A DNA stretch of 60,491 nucleotides, filler included, from Nitrospirae bacterium CG2_30_53_67 (GTDB taxonomy: Bacteria; CG2-30-53-67): NCBI GenBank assembly GCA_001873285.1. It is 6 parts of 6 records of this genome, joined end to end, with 100 filler letters (N's around TTAATTAATTAA, not from the genome) between each part and the next. Parts side by side here need not be neighbours in the genome. Positions count along the whole stretch, not along the records: positions 1 to 24,787 come from MNYV01000122.1; 5 more parts are not named here. One strand, written 5' to 3'. The notes under the pieces were generated by a model. It searched no databases and was not told the DNA's origin. It saw nothing but the letters and a program-made list of their open reading frames with translations. The position numbers and the translations under genes were made by a program. Of the stretch, positions 1 through 10,658 are shown one piece after another (within the stretch, counting starts at the first letter, position 1; each line of letters starts with the position of its first letter).

Positions 1-2702
1 CGCTGAAGGTGGAAGAGGCGGTCAAAAAATTAAAAGGGATTCCTGAAGTGAAGTTCAGCGAACCCAACTTCATCGTTCATACCACAGCCGTTCCGAATGA
101 TGCTTCCTTTTCGAGCCAGTGGGGCCTCCAGAACACAGGGGATAACGGAGGGACCGTGGACGCGGATATCGACGCCCCGGAGGCCTGGGATCAAGCAACC
201 GGGTCTTCATCGGTGATTGTGGCCCTCGTGGATGAAGGGATCGACCTTGCTCATCCGGATCTTGCCGGCAATATATGGGTCAATCCCAATGAAATCCCCG
301 GAAACGGCGTTGACGACGACGGGAACGGATTCATCGATGATGTGAATGGTTGGGATTTCAAGCATGGGGATGCAACGGTATATGACAGCGCCGGAGAAGA
401 CCGGCACGGGACCGAGGTGGCAGGCATCATAGGCGCCGAGGGGAACAACAGCGTAGGAACGGCCGGGATATGCTGGCATGTGCGCATCATGCCGGTAAAA
501 TTTATTGCCTCCGGAAGCGGAACCGTGGCGAATGCCATTCTGGCCCTCAACTATGCAGTGAGTCAAGGCGCCAAGGTCATCAACTGCAGTTGGGGAGGGA
601 CCTCGTATTCAGCGGCCCTGGAGAGCGCCTTTCAGTCTGTCCTGAATGCCGGGATCCTGGTGGTTACGTCTGCAGGGAACAGCGGCAAGGATACGGATAC
701 CAATGCCCATTATCCCTCAAATTATGACTTATCTAATATCCTGTCCGTGGCGGCCACGGACAAGAACGACAATCTGAGTTATTTTTCCAATTACGGACAG
801 ACCAGCGTGGACCTGGCGGCGCCGGGTTCCTCCATCTATACAACCATTCCGGGCGGAGGATATGCCTCTTTCAGCGGGACTTCGGCATCCACACCCTTTG
901 TCACCGGTGCGGCCGCCTTGGCCCTCTCCGTGACGCCCGGTCTTTCCTATTCGGAACTCAAGGCCAGGATTCTGAATGCCGTAGATCCGATCGCTGATCT
1001 TGCCGCAAAGACCGTCTCAGGCGGCAGGCTTAATCTGAATAATCTCATCAGCAGCCTGAGCGTCGGCGACACGGACGGAGACGGCATGCCGGACAGCTTT
1101 GAGAATCAATATGGATTGAATCCCAACGACCCCGAGGATACCGATGCAGACCCGGATGGCGATGGGCTTACCAATCTCCAGGAGTACCAGCATGGAACCG
1201 ACCCTACGAGTCCCGACACGGACGGAGACGGAATTTCGGACGGCTTTGAGGTCGCCTACCTTTTGAATCCCAAGTCCGCCTCAGATGCCTCTTCAGACCT
1301 GGATGGTGATGGGCTTTCCAACCTCGTGGAGTATCAAACAGGAACGAGAATAGACTTGGCGGATTCGGACGGTGACGGCATGGACGATTTTACCGAGTTC
1401 GGGAATCGGGCAGCGCCGGCTGATTCGGATGGGGATGGGGTGATTGACGCCCTGGACCTCGATTCGGACAATGACGGCAAACCCGATGCGATTGAGGGTA
1501 TAGGAGACGATGACGGGGATGGCATCCCGAACTATGTGGACATGAATGATGCAGACGGCCCGAATGCGGATCAGGACGGAGATGGGATTGCCAACTCCGT
1601 TGAGGCAACCTTCATGCTTTATCCGAATCTGCCGGACAGCGATGGAGACGGCATCGGGGATCTCACGGAATTCGGTCCGAGCCCGGCTCCGAGGGATTCG
1701 GACGGCGATGGGATCATTGATGCCCTGGATCTGGATTCGGACAATGACGGCAAAACCGATGCGGTCGAAGGGGCCGGAGACCGTGATGGAGACGGCATCC
1801 CGAATTACCGGGACGCCGATGACGATGACGGCCCTCTGGGAGATACCGATGGGGATGGTCTGATCAACCAGGTCGAAGCGCTCTATGGTATGAATGCCAA
1901 TCTTGCAGACAGCGACGGGGACGGGATCGATGATCCGACGGAGTTCGGATCGGGGACCACACCGCTCGACACGGATAAAGACGGGGTGATTGATGCCCTG
2001 GACCTGGACTCGGACAACGACGGATCACCAGATCAAAGTGAGGGAACTTCGGACACAAACAGCGAAGGCGTGCCGGACCGGTTGGACAACAGTATATCCA
2101 TCGTGTCAACGGATTACGGGAAATTATCGCTTGTTCTTCAGGGAGGGCAAGGAGCGTTTGAAGGGGTGGTCTTTCTGGCCCAGCCCTTATCCGAAGACTC
2201 CAGGCCTAAACTCGACTTCAAATACGGAGGGGTGCAATATAAGGTGACCGGTCTGGATACTGGAGGGAGCATCGTCCTATCCATCCATATGCCTGTTGCT
2301 CTTCCTGCGGATGCGGAGTTCTGGAAGTATGAAAACGATCGTGGATATTACCAATATCCTGCCGTGGTCGGCGGGGAAACGCTTCAGTTCACACTCACCG
2401 ACGGCGCGCTCGGGGATGATGACCGGCTTGCCGATGGCACGATCGTTGATCCAGGTTACATCGGCCTACCCGTGGTCAGCGATCAAAACGGAGCTGCGAC
2501 CACACCAACACCCGCCGCTGCAGGAGACAGTGGAGGAGGCGGCGGCGGCGGAGGGTGTTCGCTTTCCTCCGGTGACGGCCGGTTCCAACAGGGGGTGACG
2601 GATCTGATGATTCTTTTATTCCCCCTTGGTGTTCTTTTGGCGCTCAGGATTTCCACCTATTTGATGCATAAGAGGTTCCGGTCCAGGGAAAGGGTTCTCT
2701 GA
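1..2702 (+). CDS. S8 (subtilisin-like) serine peptidase with DxDxDG Ca-binding repeats, choice-of-anchor-U-like domain and Gly-rich/Cys/TM C-terminal sorting signal (5' truncated by window edge)
   Basis: Catalytic motifs [22 protein letters not shown]; many DSDGDG repeats; [17 protein letters not shown]; ends GGGGGGGCS, hydrophobic helix, basic tail. Confidence 0.92.
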   Translation, partial: LKVEEAVKKLKGIPEVKFSEPNFIVHTTAVPNDASFSSQWGLQNTGDNGGTVDADIDAPEAWDQATGSSSVIVALVDEGIDLAHPDLAGNIWVNPNEIPGNGVDDDGNGFIDDVNGWDFKHGDATVYDSAGEDRHGTEVAGIIGAEGNNSVGTAGICWHVRIMPVKFIASGSGTVANAILALNYAVSQGAKVINCSWGGTSYSAALESAFQSVLNAGILVVTSAGNSGKDTDTNAHYPSNYDLSNILSVAATDKNDNLSYFSNYGQTSVDLAAPGSSIYTTIPGGGYASFSGTSASTPFVTGAAALALSVTPGLSYSELKARILNAVDPIADLAAKTVSGGRLNLNNLISSLSVGDTDGDGMPDSFENQYGLNPNDPEDTDADPDGDGLTNLQEYQHGTDPTSPDTDGDGISDGFEVAYLLNPKSASDASSDLDGDGLSNLVEYQTGTRIDLADSDGDGMDDFTEFGNRAAPADSDGDGVIDALDLDSDNDGKPDAIEGIGDDDGDGIPNYVDMNDADGPNADQDGDGIANSVEATFMLYPNLPDSDGDGIGDLTEFGPSPAPRDSDGDGIIDALDLDSDNDGKTDAVEGAGDRDGDGIPNYRDADDDDGPLGDTDGDGLINQVEALYGMNANLADSDGDGIDDPTEFGSGTTPLDTDKDGVIDALDLDSDNDGSPDQSEGTSDTNSEGVPDRLDNSISIVSTDYGKLSLVLQGGQGAFEGVVFLAQPLSEDSRPKLDFKYGGVQYKVTGLDTGGSIVLSIHMPVALPADAEFWKYENDRGYYQYPAVVGGETLQFTLTDGALGDDDRLADGTIVDPGYIGLPVVSDQNGAATTPTPAAAGDSGGGGGGGGCSLSSGDGRFQQGVTDLMILLFPLGVLLALRISTYLMHKRFRSRERVL

Positions 2703-2725
2703 CCGGCAGCCACCCTCAACAAGGG

Positions 2726-2759
2726 CCCCGTTCACTTGACGTGAACGGGGTTTTTTTTT
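2726..2759 (+). terminator. Rho-independent terminator
   Basis: CCCCGTTCAC-ttgac-GTGAACGGGG then T9. Confidence 0.9.
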
Positions 2760-2794
2760 GTGCCGTGCGATAGGTTGTTAGGGTTAATTTTTAC

Positions 2795-2823
2795 TTGATT
2801 TTGCTTTTTTGATGTGGTAAGTT
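2795..2823 (+). promoter_or_regulatory. sigma70-like promoter of the rimP operon
   Basis: TTGATT-17 bp-TAAGTT with TG extension. Confidence 0.55.
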
Positions 2824-2850
2824 GTAAAAAATTTAAAGTTCACTAATAAA

Positions 2851-2879
2851 AAGTGGGCTCAAAAGAGCCCTTTTTTTTT
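2851..2879 (+). promoter_or_regulatory. rimP leader hairpin (terminator-like)
   Basis: AAGT-GGGCTC-aaaa-GAGCCC-T9 just before the rimP SD (GGAGG); resembles the widespread rimP-leader motif. Confidence 0.75.
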
Positions 2880-2890
2880 ACAGGAGGTTC

Positions 2891-3358
2891 ATGTCCATCA
2901 CCGAGAAAGTAAGAGATCTGGCGATCCCGATTCTCGATTCTTTTGATCTTGAACTTTTCGATATAGAGCTTCAGAAGGGAGGGAACCGGCGGATTCTTCG
3001 TATATTCATAGACAAGAAAGAAGGAGGAGTGACGCTCGATGATTGTCAGAGGGCAAGCCGGGAGATCGAGGTCCTGCTCGACGTCAAGGATGTCGTCCCC
3101 GGCAGTTATGTTCTGGAGGTCTCCTCTCCTGGAATCAACCGGCCGATACGCAGCGAATATGAGTTTCAGAAATACGCGGGAAGTCAAATCAAGGTTAAAC
3201 TCTTGACGAAGATATCGGATCAAAAAATATTCATCGGAATAGACAGGGGGGTGGATGCCGAAAGCTTAAGACTCGAGATCGAGCCGGGCAAGGAAATGCT
3301 TATCCCGATGAAACAAATTGTTAAAGCCAACTTGGAAGCGGATTTCCGACGGCTGTGA
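2891..3358 (+). CDS. rimP: Ribosome maturation factor RimP
   Basis: LRIFIDK..GVTLDDC, YVLEVSSPGINRP; first gene of rimP-nusA-infB. Confidence 0.97.
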   Translation: MSITEKVRDLAIPILDSFDLELFDIELQKGGNRRILRIFIDKKEGGVTLDDCQRASREIEVLLDVKDVVPGSYVLEVSSPGINRPIRSEYEFQKYAGSQIKVKLLTKISDQKIFIGIDRGVDAESLRLEIEPGKEMLIPMKQIVKANLEADFRRL

Positions 3359-3403
3359 TTCGGGAGGCAACCTGAATCAGGAAAAATCCTGAAGGAGAAA
3401 AAC

Positions 3404-4795
3404 ATGGAACCCAATTTAATCCAGGTGATCAATGCTCTCGGGAAAGAGAAGAATATCCCGAAAGAGACGATCGTCGAGGCTATACAGGCCGCCATTTTGA
3501 CCGCCTCGAGAAAGAAGTACGGAACCGAGGAAAATATTGAGGTGGAGATCAACATGCAGACCGGGGAGATAGAGGCCTATCTCTATCGTGAGGTGGTGGA
3601 AAACGTTGAAGATGCAAGCCGGCAGATCTTGCTGAAAGAGGCGCTCGAATATGACGAGACCATTGAGCTGGGCGATGAGTTTGCCATCCGGCTGGATGTC
3701 GCCGAACTGGGGCGAATCGCCGCTCAGACAGCGAAACAAGTCATCGTTCAACGGGTACGCGAGGCCGAACGGGCTATTATTCTAAAGGAATTCGGAGGGA
3801 GGATCGGAGAGACGATCAACGGCATCGTGATGCGCATGGAAAGAGGGGATCTCATCGTGGATCTGGGAAAGGCCGAAGGGGTTCTTCCCCAGCGTCAGAA
3901 GATCCCAGGCGAGCGTTATAACCGGGGTGAACGGGTCCGGGCTCTCATCAAGAACGTTGTGGATTCCTCCAAGATGCCTCAGGTGATTTTATCGAGGACG
4001 GACCCGCTGTTTGTCGCCAAACTCTTTGAGACCGAAGTCCCCGAGATTTATGAAGGCGTGGTCAAGATCATCAAGGTTGTCCGGGAACCCGGCCAGAGGT
4101 CCAAGCTCGCCGTGGTATCCAGGGATTCCAATGTGGATCCTGTGGGGGCTTGCGTGGGGATCAAAGGGATCCGTGTTCAGGCCGTGGTGCAGGAACTCCG
4201 GGGAGAGAAGATCGACATCATATCGCATACGGACGTGGTCCGGGATTATATTGAGAAGGCGCTTTCTCCGGCGGCCATCTCCAGGATTGCAGTGAATGAA
4301 GAAGAAAAGTCCGCCTGGGTTGTGGTGGAAGAGAGCCAGCTTTCCCTGGCCATCGGGAAGAAAGGGCAGAATGTCCGCCTGGGGTCCGAGCTCACCGGGT
4401 ATCAGATCAATATCATGAGTGAAGAGGAGTACCAGAGGACGCTGAAAGAACAGCAGGAAGAGGCCGAAACCGAGAAAGAGAGCTACAGCAAAAGTCTGGA
4501 GGAGATTTCAAAGATTCGCGGCGTTGGGGAGAAGACGGCCAGTGCGATCCTGAATGCCGGGTATCGCTCGATTGCCGATCTGGCATCTGCGACTTCCGAT
4601 GCCCTTTCGGCCATACCCGGAGTTGGAGTCAAGACGGCGGAGAAGATCCTACAAAGCGCTGCAGAACTCTTGAAAGAGGCGGCGGAAAAACAAGCCGAGG
4701 CCGATGCCTTGCAGGAATCCGCTGAATCTGAGGAAAACCATGAGACCGGGAACCCGGACGGCAGTGAAATGCATCAAGAGAGCGACCCGGCATAA
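3404..4795 (+). CDS. nusA: Transcription termination/antitermination factor NusA
   Basis: GRIAAQTAKQVI, S1 and KH domains (DPVGACVG, LAIGKKGQNVRL), C-terminal HhH repeats. Confidence 0.98.
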   Translation: MEPNLIQVINALGKEKNIPKETIVEAIQAAILTASRKKYGTEENIEVEINMQTGEIEAYLYREVVENVEDASRQILLKEALEYDETIELGDEFAIRLDVAELGRIAAQTAKQVIVQRVREAERAIILKEFGGRIGETINGIVMRMERGDLIVDLGKAEGVLPQRQKIPGERYNRGERVRALIKNVVDSSKMPQVILSRTDPLFVAKLFETEVPEIYEGVVKIIKVVREPGQRSKLAVVSRDSNVDPVGACVGIKGIRVQAVVQELRGEKIDIISHTDVVRDYIEKALSPAAISRIAVNEEEKSAWVVVEESQLSLAIGKKGQNVRLGSELTGYQINIMSEEEYQRTLKEQQEEAETEKESYSKSLEEISKIRGVGEKTASAILNAGYRSIADLASATSDALSAIPGVGVKTAEKILQSAAELLKEAAEKQAEADALQESAESEENHETGNPDGSEMHQESDPA

Positions 4796-4952
4796 AGTGA
4801 CGGCATGAGCCCTTGAGAGGAATGCAAAGCCTTCCGAGTTAAAACTGCCCGGGCAGAAAATCCGGAATCTTCTTGAGGAACGGATCGATATAAAAAACAG
4901 GCTTGAGCAGGGTAGGGGTGAAAAGATTTATGGTGAAACTCAGAGTACATAA
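4740..4952 (+). pseudogene. ylxR: Probable relic of ylxR (RnpM/DUF448), internally deleted with an in-frame TGA
   Basis: GAGG SD, then MRPGTRTAVKCIKRATRHKVTA*ALERN...; lies at the usual ylxR position between nusA and infB. Confidence 0.45.
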
Positions 4953-7485
4953 CCTGGCCAAGGAAATAGGGATCAGCACCAAAGAGCTTTTAAAATATTT
5001 TGAGAAGATCGATCCCAAGATCAAGAGCAATCTATCCGTGGTGCCGGATGACATCGCTGATGATGTGCGTGCAAAATTTTCCGGAAAAGCGGTCTCACCC
5101 AAGGCCAAGGAAAAAAAGAAACCTCGGCCCAAGGCAGAATTCAAGGTCCGGAAGAAAAGAGTTGAACCCCCGCCGGAGGAGACCAAGGCAGAGGTGCCGG
5201 AAGTCTCTGAAGCCGAGACCAAAAAAGAAAAACCGGCTGCAAAAACCGGAAAAGAACCCGCAGAAGTTTTGCCTGGGCCGGTCACGGAAGAAACGCCATC
5301 CCAAGAAACAGCGGCGCCGGAACCGGTTTCGGCAGAAAAACCCTCAGGAGTTCAAGAAGCTCCTTCCGCCGTGCTGCCGGTTGCCAAGGTCCCCATGACG
5401 ACCGAGCCGATTCCCGCCGCAAAAGAAGGTGAGGCAAAACCAAAGCTGAAGAAAAAAGAAAAGAAAAAAGGGAAAAAGGCCGAAGTCGAAGAGAAAGTCG
5501 AGGTCGTCGGCCATGAGTTTAAAGACAAGGGGAAGGGGAAGAAGGGCAAAATCACTATCCGGGCGGATAAGATTGAACGTCCGATCAGGAAATCCAAGAA
5601 GATCCTTCCAGTCCAGCTCCTGGAACTCCAGGTCCGCAGAACCCCTAAAAAGCTGAGGACCAAGGCCAAGAAAAAACCCCCCAGGCAGGAGAGAGAAAAA
5701 ATCGTTCAGGAGACGGCTCCTGCAGAGGCGAGAAAGAACGTCATCCGGTGGGATGAGACCACAACCGTTAAGGACGTGGCTGAAAGACTCAATATCCCAG
5801 TAAACAATCTGATCCTTAAATTCATGGAAATGGGGGTTATGGTTACGGTGAACAAACTTGTGGATCCTGAAGAACTGACTGTCATAGCCCATGATTATGG
5901 ATATGAGGTTGACCAGGTATCGTTGGAAACGGCCGAGACCCTCTTGGAGGAGATCAAGGACAATCCGGAACACCTGGTCATCAGGCCGCCGGTCGTAACC
6001 ATCATGGGGCATGTGGACCATGGCAAAACCTCCCTGCTCGACGTGATCCGTCAGAGCAAGGTGGTGGAAGGCGAGGCGGGCGGAATCACCCAGCATATAG
6101 GGGCTTACACGGTGCATCTGAATGATCGGAGCATCACCTTCCTTGACACGCCGGGCCATGAGGCCTTTACCTCGATGCGCGCAAGAGGAGCCAAGGTCAC
6201 GGATATCGTCATTCTTGTTGTGGCCGCAGATGACGGTGTCATGCCGCAGACCGTCGAGGCGATCAACCATGCGGCCGCAGCCAAAGTGCCCGTCGTCGTC
6301 GCGATCAACAAGATTGATAAACCGGACGCGAAGCCGGAAAAAGTCAAACAGGAACTGTCGGAACACAACCTGATCTCTGAAGAATGGGGAGGGAAGACCA
6401 TCTTCGTCGAGGTCTCCGCGAAAAAGAAGATCCATATTGATCGTCTCCTGGAGATGATCCTCTTGCAATCGGAGATTATGGAACTCAGAGCGGACCCGGA
6501 TCGTCCGGCCAGGGGAACCATTATTGAGGCGAGACTGGACAAGAGCAAGGGGCCCGTTGCCACGGTGCTTGTCCAGACCGGTACGGTGAAGGTGGGGGAT
6601 CCTTTTGTCAGCGGCGTCTATCACGGCAAGGTCCGGGCCATGCTCAACGACCTGGGGAAAAAGATCTCGTCCGCAGGGCCGTCCATGCCCGTGGAAATTA
6701 CAGGCCTTTCCGGCGTGCCCATGGCCGGCGAGACCTTCGTCGTGGTTTCCGATGAGCGCAAGGCGCGCCAGATCGGGATGGCCAGGTCCATCCGCATGCG
6801 GGAGGCCGCCCTGGCAAAAGGGCATCGAGTGACACTGGACGACCTCTTCCAGAGGATACAGAAAGGAGAGGTCAAGGAACTCCCCATTATCATCAAAGGG
6901 GACGTTCAGGGCTCCGTAGAGGCCCTGTCCGACACTCTTGAAAGACTGAGCACCCAGGCGGTGGAGTTGAAAGTGATTCACGGCTCCGTTGGAGGAATCA
7001 CCGAAACCGATGTCAACCTGGCTGCCGCATCTAATGCCATTATCATCGGTTTTAATGTCCGGCCTGAACCCAAGGCTGCGCTCCTTGCAGAGGCCGAGGC
7101 GGTGGATATCAGGCTCTATAATGTCATCTATGATGCATCCAATGATGTGAGAAAGGCCATGGAAGGGCTTCTGGAGCCGACCCTCAAGGAGCGCAGCCTT
7201 GGACGAGCCGAAATCCGGGATGTGATTCCCGTGCCTAAAGTGGGAAACGTCGCCGGATGTTACGTCATGGATGGGAAGGTGCAGCGTGACGCCCATGTCC
7301 GGTTGATCCGAGACAACGTGGTGGTCTATGAAGGTAAAATTTCCTCATTGAGACGTTTCAAGGATGACGTCAAGGAAGTTGCGGCGGGATTCGAGTGCGG
7401 GATCGGAATCGAGAATTACAACGATATCAAGCTCAAGGATATTATTGAGATCTATACATTCGACAAGGTGGCGACAAAACTTTAA
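4930..7485 (+). CDS. infB: Translation initiation factor IF-2
   Basis: [25 protein letters not shown]-terminal RVHNLAKE. Confidence 0.99.
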   Translation: MVKLRVHNLAKEIGISTKELLKYFEKIDPKIKSNLSVVPDDIADDVRAKFSGKAVSPKAKEKKKPRPKAEFKVRKKRVEPPPEETKAEVPEVSEAETKKEKPAAKTGKEPAEVLPGPVTEETPSQETAAPEPVSAEKPSGVQEAPSAVLPVAKVPMTTEPIPAAKEGEAKPKLKKKEKKKGKKAEVEEKVEVVGHEFKDKGKGKKGKITIRADKIERPIRKSKKILPVQLLELQVRRTPKKLRTKAKKKPPRQEREKIVQETAPAEARKNVIRWDETTTVKDVAERLNIPVNNLILKFMEMGVMVTVNKLVDPEELTVIAHDYGYEVDQVSLETAETLLEEIKDNPEHLVIRPPVVTIMGHVDHGKTSLLDVIRQSKVVEGEAGGITQHIGAYTVHLNDRSITFLDTPGHEAFTSMRARGAKVTDIVILVVAADDGVMPQTVEAINHAAAAKVPVVVAINKIDKPDAKPEKVKQELSEHNLISEEWGGKTIFVEVSAKKKIHIDRLLEMILLQSEIMELRADPDRPARGTIIEARLDKSKGPVATVLVQTGTVKVGDPFVSGVYHGKVRAMLNDLGKKISSAGPSMPVEITGLSGVPMAGETFVVVSDERKARQIGMARSIRMREAALAKGHRVTLDDLFQRIQKGEVKELPIIIKGDVQGSVEALSDTLERLSTQAVELKVIHGSVGGITETDVNLAAASNAIIIGFNVRPEPKAALLAEAEAVDIRLYNVIYDASNDVRKAMEGLLEPTLKERSLGRAEIRDVIPVPKVGNVAGCYVMDGKVQRDAHVRLIRDNVVVYEGKISSLRRFKDDVKEVAAGFECGIGIENYNDIKLKDIIEIYTFDKVATKL

Positions 7486-7767
7486 ATGCGGATCGGTATC
7501 TGTGTCGTAGAACTCCATCTTCCGGGGATCACATCTTTGAAGGGGAAGCGGAGTGTGGTCCAATCCGTCAAGGAACGGGTGAAAAACCGGTTTAATGTAT
7601 CCGTGGCTGAGATCGATTCGCTGGATCTGCGCCAGCGCGCCTCGCTTGGGATCGCCATGGTTGGGAATGATTCAAGAAAGCTGAACAGCGAACTGGACAA
7701 GATCGTGGATTACATAGAGGGGATGCATGTCGCTGACCTGATCCACCATCAAATCGAGATGATCTGA
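7486..7767 (+). CDS. DUF503 (YlxP) family protein
   Basis: SLKGKRSVV..RFNVSVAEID; conserved position after infB. Confidence 0.92.
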   Translation: MRIGICVVELHLPGITSLKGKRSVVQSVKERVKNRFNVSVAEIDSLDLRQRASLGIAMVGNDSRKLNSELDKIVDYIEGMHVADLIHHQIEMI

Positions 7768-7781
7768 TCCGGAGGACAAGC

Positions 7782-8153
7782 ATGCGATCGAAAAGGCTGG
7801 AGAGGGTATCGGACGTGATGATCGCCGAGATTTCGAGAATCCTGCTGAGGAAAGTCAAGGATCCACGGGTCAGATATGTCACGGTCACGGATGTCGAGAT
7901 CAGCAAAGACCTGAAGTCGGCAACGGTCTTTTTTAGTGTTTTTGATGACAAACTGGACAAAGAAGATGTTCTATCCGGTTTGAACCATGCGGCCGGTTTT
8001 ATACACAAGGAACTGTTCCACGCCCTGGATATCCGGACCATTCCCAGTCTATCCTTCAAAATCGATCCCTCAATAGAGTACGGGGCCCATATACAGAAAC
8101 TTCTCAATACCATACAGGAAGGAAAAAAAGAGGATGAAAAAGGGGAACCTTAG
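7782..8153 (+). CDS. rbfA: 30S ribosome-binding factor RbfA
   Basis: KDPRV..VTVTDVEISKDL, IPSLSFKIDPSIEYG. Confidence 0.96.
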   Translation: MRSKRLERVSDVMIAEISRILLRKVKDPRVRYVTVTDVEISKDLKSATVFFSVFDDKLDKEDVLSGLNHAAGFIHKELFHALDIRTIPSLSFKIDPSIEYGAHIQKLLNTIQEGKKEDEKGEP

Positions 8154-9150
8154 CCGGGTCAAAGAGGCGCTTTTGAAAAGCCGGAATATCCTGATTACCA
8201 CCCATGTCAACCCTGACGGGGACGGCATCAGTTCCGAAGCGGCCCTTTGCCTGTACCTGAAAAAGCTTGGAAAGCATGTCGTGGTCATCAACAAGGACCC
8301 CTTGCCGGAGATGTTCGCTTTTCTTCCCGGCGTTGATGAGATCCATGTCTCCGGGCAGCCGACGTTTGATCCGGATCTCATCATCGTGACGGATTGCGGA
8401 GGCCTGGAGCGGACCGGATTGAAGATCCCAGGGGAATTTACTCCCAAGGTGATCGTCATCGATCATCATCTGACCCACGACCAGAACGGCGAGATCAATC
8501 TGCTTGATCATGAGGCCTCGGCCACGGGAGAACTGGTCTATCAACTGATCAAGGAAATGGAAAAGGACTCTCCGGCCAAGATGGACTATCCCATTGCCTT
8601 ATGTCTCTATACCTCCATCTTCACCGATACCGGTTCATTCAGGTATTCCAATACCACGCCGAAGGCATTGGAGATCGCCTCAAAACTCGTCGCATACGGG
8701 ATCAATTCCTGGACCGTCGCGGAACAGGTCTACGAGTCCAAGCCCTACGCCTTATTGAAACTGACCGGCCGTTTTCTGCGGACCCTTGAAATCAGCCGCA
8801 AGGGACGTTTCGCCTGGGGATCCATTGTCAAAGAGGATTTTAAAAAGACCGGGACACGGGAGGAACATACCGAAGGTTTAGTGAACTATCCGAGATCCAT
8901 CAAGGGAGTGGAAGTGGCGGTTTTTTTCCGCGAGATGAATTCGGAGCAGATCAAGATCAGCATGCGGTCCAAGGGCGAGGTGAACGTGGCGGCCATCGCA
9001 GAGAAGTTTGAAGGAGGCGGGCACCACAATGCAGCCGGGTGCATCATGAAAGGATCCCTGAAGGATGTCATGAAGAAAGTTCTCCGTATGGTGGCCGAAT
9101 CCTTGCAGGATGAAGTGCCTGAGGAAGAAGGCGTTGAAGTTCATGGTTGA
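8134..9150 (+). CDS. nrnA: DHH family bifunctional oligoribonuclease/pAp phosphatase
   Basis: HVNPDGDG, IDHH, TDTGSF, GGGHHNAAG. Confidence 0.93.
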   Translation: MKKGNLSRVKEALLKSRNILITTHVNPDGDGISSEAALCLYLKKLGKHVVVINKDPLPEMFAFLPGVDEIHVSGQPTFDPDLIIVTDCGGLERTGLKIPGEFTPKVIVIDHHLTHDQNGEINLLDHEASATGELVYQLIKEMEKDSPAKMDYPIALCLYTSIFTDTGSFRYSNTTPKALEIASKLVAYGINSWTVAEQVYESKPYALLKLTGRFLRTLEISRKGRFAWGSIVKEDFKKTGTREEHTEGLVNYPRSIKGVEVAVFFREMNSEQIKISMRSKGEVNVAAIAEKFEGGGHHNAAGCIMKGSLKDVMKKVLRMVAESLQDEVPEEEGVEVHG

Positions 9151-10162
9151 GGTGATAAGAGAAGAAGAGAAGAAACTTCGGTCCTGCCGCAGAACCAGCG
9201 GCCTTCTGATCGTGGACAAACCCGCCGGATGGACATCCCATGACATTGTAGCAAAATTGCGCAGGCATCTTGGTGTTCGGAAGATCGGGCATGCAGGGAC
9301 TCTCGATCCCGATGCGACCGGGCTTCTCCCTCTCTGCGTGGGGCAGGCCGCACGGATTACGGAATACCTGATGGACATCCCCAAGGCGTACCGAGTCCGG
9401 CTGAAATTCGGAGAAGAGACCGATACGGACGATGCCTCCGGCCGGGTCATCCGGAAGACGGAGATCAGCGGAATCACCGAGGAACAGGTCCGGTCGGCGT
9501 TGAACCTTTTTTCAGGCGAAATCCAGCAGGTTCCTCCACTGTTTTCGGCCGTCAGGAAACACGGGCGCAGGCTCTACGAATATGCCAGAAAGGGAGAGGA
9601 TGTCTGTCGAGAGCCCCGTGCCGTGACGATTTACGAAATCCGTGAAGTGGAATGCCGCCTTCCTGAGATATCCTTTTGGGTGCGATGTTCACGGGGAACC
9701 TATATGCGTTCGCTTTGCCGGGATATCGGCAGGGTCATGGGCATGAGCGCCCATATGAGCCGGCTCCGCCGCACTGAGAGCGCCTCATTTACCGAGAAGG
9801 ATGCGCACCCCCTGTCCGAGATCACGGCCATGAACCCGGATGACGTGACGGCCCTTCTGGTCCCCATGGACGTTCCGTTGTCTCACTTTATACCCGTAGT
9901 GGTTCGTTCCGACCGAATACAAAAGATCCGATACGGGCAGCCTTTGGACCAGGAAGACCTTGCCGGGATGCCGGACTCCTGGCAGACAGGCCGGCTATGC
10001 CGCCTCTATGGAGAGGACGGTGATTTCTTGTCCATCGGCAGGCTGGATCGTTCTCCGTCCGGAGTTCCCAACGTCCATCCGAAGAAGGTCTTCTGCCAGG
10101 ATGAAAAAATAGCTTTACTTGATTCGTCCGATATGTTAAAAAGTAACAGGCAGAAAGAATAA
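9143..10162 (+). CDS. truB: tRNA pseudouridine(55) synthase
   Basis: DKPAGWTSHD, KIGHAGTLDP, CSRGTYMRS; start uncertain (9110 or 9143). Confidence 0.96.
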   Translation: MVEVIREEEKKLRSCRRTSGLLIVDKPAGWTSHDIVAKLRRHLGVRKIGHAGTLDPDATGLLPLCVGQAARITEYLMDIPKAYRVRLKFGEETDTDDASGRVIRKTEISGITEEQVRSALNLFSGEIQQVPPLFSAVRKHGRRLYEYARKGEDVCREPRAVTIYEIREVECRLPEISFWVRCSRGTYMRSLCRDIGRVMGMSAHMSRLRRTESASFTEKDAHPLSEITAMNPDDVTALLVPMDVPLSHFIPVVVRSDRIQKIRYGQPLDQEDLAGMPDSWQTGRLCRLYGEDGDFLSIGRLDRSPSGVPNVHPKKVFCQDEKIALLDSSDMLKSNRQKE

Positions 10163-10221
10163 AGAGAAGGATTTTTTTATTCATGTGAAGAGGTCTAATC
10201 CAAGAGGAGGTGAGCAGACAT

Positions 10222-10491
10222 ATGACTATGGTCAAGGAGCAGAAACAAAAGATTATTGATTCATATAAAAAGCATGAGGGCGATACCGGATCTCCTGAGG
10301 TCCAAGTCGCCATCATCTCGGAGAGAATCAATTATCTTACGGAACACTTCAAGGTCCATAAAAAGGACCACCATTCACGCAGGGGTTTGCTGAAAATGGT
10401 CGGTCAAAGGCGTAAGCTCCTGGACTATTTGATAAAGAAAGACATTAACAGATACCGCCAATTGATTGACAAATTAGGGATCCGTAAGTAA
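10222..10491 (+). CDS. rpsO: 30S ribosomal protein S15
   Basis: [21 protein letters not shown]. Confidence 0.99.
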   Translation: MTMVKEQKQKIIDSYKKHEGDTGSPEVQVAIISERINYLTEHFKVHKKDHHSRRGLLKMVGQRRKLLDYLIKKDINRYRQLIDKLGIRK

Positions 10492-10501
10492 CTCAACAAC
10501 A

Positions 10502-10609
10502 GGCCTGCAGCTTTTAGCCACAGATGGACACAGATAAGGAACGGCAGAATCATCGAGTTTAAATTGTTCGTTCCTTAACTGCGTTTATCTGTGGTCCGTA
10601 TTGCAGGCC
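10502..10609. repeat. Long imperfect hairpin of the CCACAGA/TCTGTGG palindromic family between rpsO and pnp
   Basis: GGCCTGCA..CCACAGAT..AAGGAACG pairs with CGTTCCTT..ATCTGTGG..TGCAGGCC. Confidence 0.7.
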
Positions 10610-10658
10610 CCAAAGCGATACCCTGCGCGGGTCATCGCATAGGAGCGCAGATATAACG

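Noticed and set aside
4806..4808. In-frame TGA as selenocysteine
   Set aside because: The position does not correspond to a Cys motif and I see no evident SECIS; a nonsense mutation in a relic is simpler
5344..7296. 650-aa minus-strand ORF (likewise 21844-22713, 41381-42349, 16116-16910 and others)
   Set aside because: Antisense shadows of well-conserved genes, with no recognisable motifs
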